Shown one piece after another: positions 39,984 through 47,745 of a stretch of DNA of 64,000 nt. Position 1 is the stretch's first letter. Every line of letters starts with the position of its first letter. The DNA comes from an uncultured Pseudomonadota bacterium. Its GTDB lineage: Bacteria; Oederibacteriota; Muellerivitia; Muellerivitales; Muellerivitaceae. The position numbers were made by a program, and so were the translations under genes. The DNA lies in assembly GCA_963836235.1 (NCBI GenBank), contig CAWIIP010000002.1:1440001-1504000 (forward strand). The letters run 5' to 3'. The notes beneath the pieces were generated by a model. That model worked only from the letters and a program-made list of their open reading frames with translations, did not search any database and was not told the DNA's origin.

Positions 39984-40011
39984 TGTCCACGATGGGGACC
40001 CGTCGTGGACA
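39984..40011 (+). repeat. 28-bp cassette site 4
   Basis: TGTCCACGATGGG-GA-CCCGTCGTGGACA. Confidence 0.9.
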
Positions 40012-40076
40012 ATCATTTCTGCCACAAAAGGGTTAATATAAAGACGCCGTAAGTTGTTGCGTTGGAGAGGTGAATT

Positions 40077-40571
40077 ATAAAAAAAATATTATCAGGAATT
40101 TTAATATTTTTTGTTGGAGCTTTTGCATTCTACTTCCCTAGCTTTGTGGGTCACGCTTTTTCCGGGAATGGGGAATTTTCGAAACCAGAATTTTTTTTAA
40201 TATTCATTTGTCCTTTTATAACTTCACTTTTAATGCTTCTTTGGTTTAGAAAAAAATTCGTTTTAATTCCCAAAGGGTTAATTTCCTTAATTTTTATTTT
40301 GGGGATATGGATTTTGGGAACATTTGCAACTATGGCGAGCGCTAGCTTAGCAGGCGCAGGGTTTACAAAAATAGCTTCATTTTCTGATTGGAAAGATTTG
40401 ATCGTTCTAACTCTATGTTTTCCTCTTTCGACATTTGAGTGCACTACTTATGATGGAACATTAGGGGCATTGTTTGCTTTTTCTCTGTTTGTTCTTATCT
40501 GGATATTGATTGATGTTATTGTTTTAGTCAAAAAGGGCGGCAAAAAGAAGTTAGCCATTGATCGAACATAA
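40077..40571 (+). CDS. AT-rich multi-TM hypothetical protein (cassette 5); apparent ATA start
   Basis: Frame is open from ATA 40077 after GAGGTG, giving (M)KKILSGILIFFVGAFAFYFPSFVGHAF...; ORF track starts at GTG 40146. Confidence 0.6.
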   Translation: MKKILSGILIFFVGAFAFYFPSFVGHAFSGNGEFSKPEFFLIFICPFITSLLMLLWFRKKFVLIPKGLISLIFILGIWILGTFATMASASLAGAGFTKIASFSDWKDLIVLTLCFPLSTFECTTYDGTLGALFAFSLFVLIWILIDVIVLVKKGGKKKLAIDRT

Positions 40572-40656
40572 ATTTCTTCATGCGCTCCTTTATGGTCGAA
40601 TTACCTGGGATTTGTTGGTTCGTAAATCGGAATGGGGTCTTTGGTCATTTAGAGCT

Positions 40657-40684
40657 TGTCCACGACGGGGACCCACATTGGACA
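40657..40684 (+). repeat. 28-bp cassette site 5
   Basis: TGTCCACGACGGG-GA-CCCACATTGGACA. Confidence 0.85.
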
Positions 40685-40698
40685 AGGAAAATGTTTTA

Positions 40699-40725
40699 AT
40701 ATGTACGGAATAATACCGTACATAT
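40699..40725. promoter_or_regulatory. Operator of the DUF1778-GNAT TA operon
   Basis: Perfect 10-bp IR ATATGTACGG-N7-CCGTACATAT upstream of the antitoxin. Confidence 0.7.
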
Positions 40726-40752
40726 GGTATATTTAAAACAGAGGTAATGGCC

Positions 40753-41034
40753 ATGACGAAAGCCCTAAAAACCAAGGAAGAACGCATTGAACTAAGGGTA
40801 AGACCCCAGGATAAGCGATTGCTGGAAAAGGCGGCTCAGGCCCAGGGTTTGAGCCTGAGTTCCTATCTCGTGACGCGGTCCCTCCATGCGGCCCAGGAAG
40901 ACGCGATCCCGGTTAAAACCTATGTTCCGCCTAAACGGGACGTGGACTTATTCCTGAGGCTTCTAGAAAACCCTCCCGCGCCTAACGAAAAGCTTAAGGC
41001 GGCGGCACGGCGCTACCAAAAAGAAATATCCTGA
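40753..41034 (+). CDS. DUF1778 RHH antitoxin (TacA/AtaR-like; cassette 6)
   Basis: KEERIELRV...K.LLEKAA..QGLSLSSY, F..LLENPPAPNEKL. Confidence 0.9.
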   Translation: MTKALKTKEERIELRVRPQDKRLLEKAAQAQGLSLSSYLVTRSLHAAQEDAIPVKTYVPPKRDVDLFLRLLENPPAPNEKLKAAARRYQKEIS

Positions 41035-41043
41035 TTTTCCGTT

Positions 41044-41562
41044 ATGACAGGCCCAAAATGGAAGTTTGTGCCCATCACAGAAAAACCGGACCTCGAATGT
41101 TTTGATTCCGGCATTCCTGAACTCAATGATTATCTGAAAAAATACGCGGGCCAGAACCACCGCAAGGGGTTAGGAAGCACTTATGTCCTCGTTCCGGCCG
41201 AAGGAGAACCGGTTGCGGCTGGTTATCACACCTTGAGCATGGCTCAGGTGGAATTGCATTCGCTGCCGGAATCCCAACGCAAAAACCTCCCGAAGTATCC
41301 GGTCCCCGCGGTCCGATTGGGACGCCTTGCCGTTGACCGCCAATGGCAAGGAACTGGATTGGGGGAGATATTACTGATCGATGCCATCCGCCGGTCTGTT
41401 GCCGCCGTCCAATCGGTGGCCGCGAAGTATATGATCGTCGATGCCAAAAACAAAAAGGCTGAGGAGTTTTACCACCGATACGGGTTTCAACCCTTTGAAG
41501 GCGGTTCGCACTCATTAGTGGCAGCCATTGATACCTTAAAAGTACTTTTTACGAAAGGTTGA
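41044..41562 (+). CDS. GNAT acetyltransferase toxin (TacT/AtaT-like; cassette 6)
   Basis: FDSG..ELNDYL, PVPAVRLGRLAVD..WQGTGLG..LL.DA, VDAKN..A..FY..YGF. Confidence 0.9.
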   Translation: MTGPKWKFVPITEKPDLECFDSGIPELNDYLKKYAGQNHRKGLGSTYVLVPAEGEPVAAGYHTLSMAQVELHSLPESQRKNLPKYPVPAVRLGRLAVDRQWQGTGLGEILLIDAIRRSVAAVQSVAAKYMIVDAKNKKAEEFYHRYGFQPFEGGSHSLVAAIDTLKVLFTKG

Positions 41563-41569
41563 AAAATCC

Positions 41570-41597
41570 TGTCTAAGACGGGAACCGCATTGAATGG
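41570..41597 (+). repeat. Degenerate right boundary site (left arm conserved)
   Basis: TGTCTAAGACGGG-AA-CCGCATTGAATGG; left arm 11/13 identical; 7 nt after the GNAT stop. Confidence 0.6.
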
Positions 41598-41616
41598 CTT
41601 AAAAAAAGAAGAAAAA

Positions 41617-42099
41617 ATGAAAAGTACTTTTAAATCTAGTTGGCCCCCCCGCATCATTAGCTTCATTTTTTGTGCCTCACTGGCGTTGGGCCTGGGCGGC
41701 TGCGCGGTGGGGCTTTACGATTCTCCGGCGGTGGCTAAAGGGGTGGATGCCCAGGTTTCTTTTCCCGCGTTGAAATCCGAGGAGGTCTACTTTTTTCTTT
41801 CCAAAGAGGCTTTTCCCGCGGATCTTCAATCGACCCCGGTGGGCACCCTTTATACCCCCGAGAACAGCCAATGGACCGATAAGAAACTTGTCGGGGAGTT
41901 TCAAAAGAAAGCCGCTGAAATCGGGGCCAACGCGGTGGTGTTTGAAAGCATTCAAACAGGCAAGCTGCTTTATGGCTTCCTCTATTACACGGGCTACGCC
42001 ACCGCTTACCGGCTTTACAAGGAAAACCCCCTGGAAGACGCCGACTTAAGCAGCACCCAATATGGAACCCAAAACCCCGACCTGCAAAAGGTGAAATAA
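41617..42099 (+). CDS. Hypothetical lipoprotein (YbjQ-like segment)
   Basis: Lipobox LGGC; KKAAEIGANAVV. Confidence 0.7.
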   Translation: MKSTFKSSWPPRIISFIFCASLALGLGGCAVGLYDSPAVAKGVDAQVSFPALKSEEVYFFLSKEAFPADLQSTPVGTLYTPENSQWTDKKLVGEFQKKAAEIGANAVVFESIQTGKLLYGFLYYTGYATAYRLYKENPLEDADLSSTQYGTQNPDLQKVK

Positions 42100-42277
42100 G
42101 AGCTTGGCTGGTGGGGTCTATCCATGCCCCTTTCATCCCTTTAAAACAGGCCTTTTTCACTTCTTTAAAATAATTTGGATTTAACCGGCCTTTTCCCGTC
42201 TAAAGGTTGGCGGTTATGACGCTAGTCCTATTTCCATTATCCCCTGGGAGGAGATGATGGTTCTTACGGGGGAAAAT

Positions 42278-43606
42278 ATGGAACGGAAATTCTTTCTCGG
42301 GGTAGTGGTCTCTTGGATGTTGTCGGCCGGACTGGTTTTAACAGGTTGCCCCAGCCACCTCGGGGTTCCTTCCGCGCCCCCGCCTCCCTTGACGGCGACT
42401 TCCACCTTCGCTTCGACCAATAGCCCTTCTTTAACGCCCACGGCAACCGCCCCGGCGCTCACTCTGACGGGGACTCCCACCCAAACCGTAACAAGTACCG
42501 CCACCAACAGTCCGACATTTACCCCCTTGTCTTCCACCGCGACCTTCACCTTTACGCCCAGCTTTACGCTGAGCCCCATCCCAACACTCACCGTCACGAA
42601 TACGCCGACTAGCGGGGCGAACACTTTCACCCCGACTCTCACCTGGAGTCCGACCGGCATCGTCCCCCTCACCTTTACCCTTACCACCACCGCCTGCCCG
42701 ACCCACACCGCCACCTTATCTGTCACACCTACCCCCTCCAATACGGCCACGGTGACTCCTATCGGTTCTTGGTATACCTCCACCCCAACGGGTACTCCCA
42801 CCATCACCGGAACTCCCACTCTCACCGGCACGCCCACCCACACCGGAACCCCGACTAGCACCCTGCCGCCACCGCCCACTTTTACCGGCACGCCGACCCA
42901 GACTCCCAACGCCACGGCGACTTCCTGCCCTCCCGGTTTCGTGATGGGGAACAACAGCGTGGGGCTTTATGAGGATACGGACACCCAAAGGCTGAAACTC
43001 AACCGTTACACCGCGCCTTATAACACGACCCTCTATAGCATCACCGGCGCTTATTACAACGGAGGATTCACGCCGGATTTCACCTTCGCCGTTTACGACG
43101 ATAACGGAAGCGGAACCGCGCCGACCACCTTGTTGAGCCAGGCGGTTTATCCCTCCACCAGCGGCAGTTATGCCTACAGCTATCCTTGGGCCACCTTCAA
43201 CCTGGCGACTCCGGTCACCGTCACGACTAGGAAATATTATTGGCTTGGGTACAGCCTCAACGCGGGTTATTTCTTTTACAGTCCGACCACGTCGGTGACT
43301 TACGCTTATCAATATCCGGCCCCGCCGCAATCCTTGCCCTCCAGTTTTTCGGGAACCGTCAATCCCGTCGGAACTAACTACGTCCTGTCCCTTTACGTCA
43401 ACGGCTGTCCCTTCACCCCCCTGCCCAATACCCCGACTTACACGGCGACGATGACGCCCACTTCCAGCTTCACTTTCACGGTCACGCCGACGCCCACCGA
43501 CAGCCTCACGCCGACTCCCACGCCGATAGGAAGCTGGTTCACCGCCACCCCGACCATGACTCCCACGCCGACAATCACCTTCACTCCCACCGCCACGCCG
43601 ACCTGA
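42278..43606 (+). CDS. Lipoprotein with Thr/Pro stalks and an aromatic-rich central domain
   Basis: Lipobox LTGC; N-terminus paralogous to the 34311 gene. Confidence 0.8.
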   Translation: MERKFFLGVVVSWMLSAGLVLTGCPSHLGVPSAPPPPLTATSTFASTNSPSLTPTATAPALTLTGTPTQTVTSTATNSPTFTPLSSTATFTFTPSFTLSPIPTLTVTNTPTSGANTFTPTLTWSPTGIVPLTFTLTTTACPTHTATLSVTPTPSNTATVTPIGSWYTSTPTGTPTITGTPTLTGTPTHTGTPTSTLPPPPTFTGTPTQTPNATATSCPPGFVMGNNSVGLYEDTDTQRLKLNRYTAPYNTTLYSITGAYYNGGFTPDFTFAVYDDNGSGTAPTTLLSQAVYPSTSGSYAYSYPWATFNLATPVTVTTRKYYWLGYSLNAGYFFYSPTTSVTYAYQYPAPPQSLPSSFSGTVNPVGTNYVLSLYVNGCPFTPLPNTPTYTATMTPTSSFTFTVTPTPTDSLTPTPTPIGSWFTATPTMTPTPTITFTPTATPT

Positions 43607-43811
43607 TAAAATTTAATAGCCCAAGCGAGGCCCTTTGTGTCCATCTCGTTTCGGAGCGGTTTTTAGGCAAACCACATTCCTCCCTCCTCCTTCACGCCTC
43701 CGAAAGGGAAAACCAACTTAAAAAGTGTTTAAATTAAGGCTTGTTAAGGCAATTACCGGGTTGGGACCGTAATATCCCCATTGATATTGAAAAGGTCGTT
43801 ATGATAAAAAA

Positions 43812-44549
43812 ATGACCATGGAAATTGACTACAGCAAGCCCATAGGCCGAATCGCCGTTGAAATCAGCGGGGCGGTATCGCTCTTTGAAAAATACGGGAT
43901 CGATTATTACCGGGAAGCTGAAAAGGAACTTGTAACGGCTTGTTCCATTGCCGGGGCACCCTTGGATCAGGTCGAATCCGAGCTGAAAAAAATCAAGGAA
44001 CCCATACCTGCCCTTTGGTATCAGCAGGAACCCGACTGGTCGCGGGAAACCATGGCCTCCTTGATCCACTACATCGTCCAGGTCCACCACACCAAAGCCC
44101 GTTCGCTTTTGGATGACATCGTGAGGGAGTTAGACCTCTCGCGGGAAACGAAACAAGAGCCCGGGAGATTGCAGGTCCTTCGGAACCTTTTCTTGGAGTT
44201 TGAGGCCGAACTTCGCAATCACCTGTTGGAGGAAGAAGAAACCATATTCCTTTATTTAATCCATACCGAGAGGGCTTTGGAAAAGGGCCAAGCCCCGGGG
44301 AATCTCGCGCCCATGGAAAAGGGCTTTTCCAACTCGATCCGCGAGATTCTTTTCGAACACCGGTTCATGGACAGGGGGTTCGAACAGATTGAGAAGCTCA
44401 TGCACTTGATCAATGACGAAGCCTCGGCGGTATCCTTGAAAAACCTGGTGGAAGCGTTGTCGGCTTTAAAAAAAGACAATGAAAAGCATGTCCACCTGGA
44501 AAACAGAAAACTTTTCGGGCGCAGCGCCCAACTGGGGCTGATGGATTAA
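43812..44549 (+). CDS. Ric/YtfE/ScdA-like di-iron hemerythrin protein, copy 1
   Basis: ScdA_N-like FEKYGIDY, LIHYI..HH, H..EEE.IF, EH, HVHLEN..LF. Confidence 0.85.
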   Translation: MTMEIDYSKPIGRIAVEISGAVSLFEKYGIDYYREAEKELVTACSIAGAPLDQVESELKKIKEPIPALWYQQEPDWSRETMASLIHYIVQVHHTKARSLLDDIVRELDLSRETKQEPGRLQVLRNLFLEFEAELRNHLLEEEETIFLYLIHTERALEKGQAPGNLAPMEKGFSNSIREILFEHRFMDRGFEQIEKLMHLINDEASAVSLKNLVEALSALKKDNEKHVHLENRKLFGRSAQLGLMD

Positions 44550-44653
44550 AAAAGGCCGCTGAATAAGTAGACCCCCTCGGTTCTTCCCTAAAAGAAATTA
44601 AACTCCACCCCACCCAAAAATCATGAATCAAAACGATGTAAATGACACCCCTT

Positions 44654-44669
44654 TATGATCCCCGTCATA
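44654..44669. promoter_or_regulatory. CRP/FNR-family-like site upstream of Ric copy 2
   Basis: TATGA-TCCCCG-TCATA palindrome. Confidence 0.45.
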
Positions 44670-44730
44670 GGGAGTAGGAAAAAGGGGCGATATCTTTTTT
44701 AAAAGACAGGGAAGGACCCGTTAAACCAAA

Positions 44731-45459
44731 ATGGAAATAGACACTACCAAACCCATCCGCCAAATCGCCGTTGAAGTCAGCGGGGCGGCCACTCTCTTCG
44801 AGAAATTCGGGATCGATTATTACGGCGAGGGAAACCGGGAACTGAAGGTGGCTTGTTCCATGGTCGGCGTGCCTTTGAGCCATGTCGAGACGGAATTGAA
44901 AAAGAGATACACGATTCCCGCCTCCTGGCGCGAGCGGGAACCCGATTGGTCGCGGGAAAACATGGCGTCGCTGATCCATTACATCATTCATGTCCACCAT
45001 GTCAAAACCAGGGCGCTGTTGGACGACATCGGGCGGGAACTGGCCCTTTTGCGAGACAGCCACAAGGAACGCGAAAGATTGGATGTCCTCCGAAATCTTT
45101 TCCAGGAAATCGACGACGAACTGAGGGACCATATGTTGGACGAGGAAAAAGTGATCTTCCCTTACCTCATTTACGCCGAGAGAGCCTTGGAGAAGGGCGA
45201 GGTGATTGGGGACGTTCTTCAGATGAACAAGGGTTTTTCCGACTCGATCCGCGAAATCCTTTTTGAGCACCGTTTCATGGACCGGGGATTTCAAGAGATG
45301 GATAAGCTTATGTACCTGATCAATGACGAAAGCGCGGGAGATTCCCTGAAAGCCCTGGCGAAGGCGGTGGAGGCCCTCATCCAAGACAACGAAAAGCATA
45401 TCCAACTGGAAAACAACAAACTCTTCCGCCGCAGCGCCCAACTGGGGCTGATGGAATAA
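44731..45459 (+). CDS. Ric/YtfE/ScdA-like di-iron hemerythrin protein, copy 2
   Basis: Tandem paralog with the same His/Glu ligand motifs. Confidence 0.85.
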   Translation: MEIDTTKPIRQIAVEVSGAATLFEKFGIDYYGEGNRELKVACSMVGVPLSHVETELKKRYTIPASWREREPDWSRENMASLIHYIIHVHHVKTRALLDDIGRELALLRDSHKERERLDVLRNLFQEIDDELRDHMLDEEKVIFPYLIYAERALEKGEVIGDVLQMNKGFSDSIREILFEHRFMDRGFQEMDKLMYLINDESAGDSLKALAKAVEALIQDNEKHIQLENNKLFRRSAQLGLME

Positions 45460-45476
45460 GCCGCCGGTCCCCGCAA

Positions 45477-46871
45477 TTACTCGTCCCACCCTCCCGTACT
45501 GTTAAAGTGATAAACCAGTTCGTTCGAGGCTTTCTCCAAAAAGTCGATGTCGGCCCGGCTGAAGCCCCGCTTCGCCAGGTACCGCGACAGGAAAGGGAAG
45601 GCGCGCCGGTGAATGATGGTTAAATCCACATCCGAGGGCCGGGTCACCAAGCGGGGCAGGAGATTTTCGAAGATCCGGCGGAAAGTCTGCTTGTAGGTCA
45701 GGCGAATCCAAATCACCGTATCCCGGTAATTCATTTCCTTGATGTCACCCCGCAGTTTTGGCGGATACCTGTAATCCGCGAACATGTCGTCCGAAAGAAT
45801 GTCCTCCAGGCATTGGGCGATCACGAGGGGATCGTTTTTTTGGGGCCCCCAGGGCTTTTTGTTCAAAAGCTCGAAAAGCTTCCAGGGGGATTGTTGCTTC
45901 TTCGGAGTCTTGGCCGGGGCGGCCTTCGGGGGGGTGGCGGGCCGGCAAGCCGCGTTGCGGCCCCGGCCCACCCGGATGATGCGTCCCTCCCTCAGGAGCT
46001 TTTCCTGGAGCCGGTTGACGGCTTTTCGATTCATCCCCAATCCCTTAACTAATTCGCTGGTCTTAATCTCCCCTTTTAGTTCAAGCACGGACATGATTTG
46101 AAGTTCCAAGGCGAAGGTGGTTTCCTTGGGAGGCCGGCCCGGGGCCTTACCCTTCGATAGGGTTGGGGCAGCGGGGATAACCGCCGGGGGGGCGAAAGAG
46201 TTCAGGCTAGGGGGAGGTTGGGGAAGAATTGGCTGTGGTTGGCTGGGGTAGCCGGTTCCAACCGGGGCAAGAAGGTGGTATGGGGTCTCAGGCGTTTGAG
46301 GTTCTGGCGCGGGAGCAGGCTTATCGATCATGATGTCGGACACCCCCGACCATACCTGTTCTTTGGCCGGGGCGGGAGCCGCCGTCGGGGCTAAAACCTT
46401 ACCGCGAAGGAGCGCCACCAAGAGATGCTGAAGCCCCCATAGCGCGGCACAGATGGCCAGGGTTTCGTCCAGGAAGGTGGGCATGGCCTGGATCAAGCCC
46501 TTGGCCCGGTAATAGTGGGCGATTCCCGACAAGACGGCCCATAACAGCAGGGAGGAAGTCCCGGGGCCCACCGTTTGTAGCAAGAAAGGCGGCTTCGTGT
46601 CGGAGTCTGGCCCCAACCACACCTGCATGGCGGTTACCCAAACCACGTAGATGAAATAGGCCAGGAGATAGGCTTGGTAGGTTTGGGTCCAGGACAGGGG
46701 GTTCAGGTAGTCCACCCACCCTTCGGGGGGCTGGTGCTCCCCGTTGAGCTGGGGGTTCCAGAAAAGGGACGAAAGGATATGGCTCCCGTGGAAAAAGGCG
46801 GTAAGCCACAAAAAAGCCTCTAAAAGCAGGGTAATGGGAATGATCACCATAATTACGGGACATTTTACCAA
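45477..46871 (-). CDS. Membrane protein with Pro-rich linker and winged HTH
   Basis: About four TM segments, P-rich tract, then IMSVLELKGEIKTSELVKGLGMNRKAVNRLQEKLLREGRIIRVGRGR; start uncertain. Confidence 0.65.
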   Translation of the reverse strand: MVKCPVIMVIIPITLLLEAFLWLTAFFHGSHILSSLFWNPQLNGEHQPPEGWVDYLNPLSWTQTYQAYLLAYFIYVVWVTAMQVWLGPDSDTKPPFLLQTVGPGTSSLLLWAVLSGIAHYYRAKGLIQAMPTFLDETLAICAALWGLQHLLVALLRGKVLAPTAAPAPAKEQVWSGVSDIMIDKPAPAPEPQTPETPYHLLAPVGTGYPSQPQPILPQPPPSLNSFAPPAVIPAAPTLSKGKAPGRPPKETTFALELQIMSVLELKGEIKTSELVKGLGMNRKAVNRLQEKLLREGRIIRVGRGRNAACRPATPPKAAPAKTPKKQQSPWKLFELLNKKPWGPQKNDPLVIAQCLEDILSDDMFADYRYPPKLRGDIKEMNYRDTVIWIRLTYKQTFRRIFENLLPRLVTRPSDVDLTIIHRRAFPFLSRYLAKRGFSRADIDFLEKASNELVYHFNSTGGWDE

Positions 46872-46903
46872 CCGGATTCGGGCCCTTCCAGGGGGTTGGG
46901 GAA

Positions 46904-46941
46904 GAATTATGTCTCAATTAACCCGAATTATGTCCCAATTA
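46904..46941. repeat. 17-bp direct repeat, 21-bp period (candidate operator)
   Basis: GAATTATGTCTCAATTA and GAATTATGTCCCAATTA. Confidence 0.7.
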
Positions 46942-46962
46942 CGAAGAGGGCTTCTTTTGAGC

Positions 46963-47745
46963 TTATCTTCTGGAACAGGTATAAACCTGGGTCTCATAGG
47001 GTATCTCGAACTCGGTCCGGCCCTGGGTTTGGGGGTGGGCGGCCAGGAGGGCCCTTACCTCATCCGCTACCCTTTCCCGGGCGGGGGAGGGTAGGGCGGC
47101 GATGAAGCTGACGGAGGTCGCCCGGTCGACGACCATCCCGGCGTCTCCCTTTTGAAGCTGGGGAAAACCCCGCTTTTCTAGGGGGGTAAAGAGGAGGCTG
47201 GCCTCGAAGGCCCTTTCCCACTCCAAGGTCTTAAAACGGGGGGTAGCCCCCTCGTGGCTATTGATGATCCGGCTCAGTTGGCCTACCCAATCCACCGATT
47301 CGTCCCGGACATTCCAAACCAGCCCCAGCCTCCCCCCGGGCTTCAGGACCCGGTGGATTTCCGCCAGGGCTCGGGGCCCGTCGAACCAATGGAAGGCTTG
47401 GGCCACGACCACTACATCCAAGGACTCGGAGGGAAGGGGAACGGCCTCGGCAGTACCTTCTAGGATTTCGACGCCGGGCAGGAGTGCCGAGAACTTCCGC
47501 CGCATTCCTTCCACCGGCTCCACCGCCGTCAACTTGGCGCCCGTGGGCACCAGCCGCCGGGTGAGCTTGCCGGTCCCCGCCGCCAAATCCAGCACATAGG
47601 AGCCCTGGTTGATATTTAGGTTTCGTATAAGGAACTCAATGGCTTCCGCAGGAAAGTCCGGCCGGCCCCGTTCGTAAGTATCCGCCCCCGCTTGAAAGCC
47701 CTGCGCAGCAGCGGAGTTGATGTTTAATTTCTTTTCGTTCGTCAA
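46963..47745 (-). CDS. Class I SAM-dependent methyltransferase
   Basis: YERGRP, VLDLAAGTGKLT, AQAFHWF, RVLKPGG. Confidence 0.9.
   Translation of the reverse strand: MTNEKKLNINSAAAQGFQAGADTYERGRPDFPAEAIEFLIRNLNINQGSYVLDLAAGTGKLTRRLVPTGAKLTAVEPVEGMRRKFSALLPGVEILEGTAEAVPLPSESLDVVVVAQAFHWFDGPRALAEIHRVLKPGGRLGLVWNVRDESVDWVGQLSRIINSHEGATPRFKTLEWERAFEASLLFTPLEKRGFPQLQKGDAGMVVDRATSVSFIAALPSPARERVADEVRALLAAHPQTQGRTEFEIPYETQVYTCSRR

Larger units (their letters stand above)
35631..41597 (+). mobile_element. Integron-like cassette array delimited by 28-bp inverted-repeat sites
   Basis: Five full sites and two half-conserved boundary sites, each between co-oriented unrelated small genes of heterogeneous base composition. 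Confidence 0.75.

Noticed and set aside
36170-40684. 28-bp palindromic repeats as a CRISPR array
   Set aside because: Intervening DNA is hundreds of bp, variable in length and protein-coding; no cas genes in the window.
36170-40684. Repeats as canonical attC sites or intrinsic terminators
   Set aside because: Too short, no RYYYAAC/GTTRRRY cores, no integron integrase seen; no U-tracts, and sequence rather than just structure is conserved.
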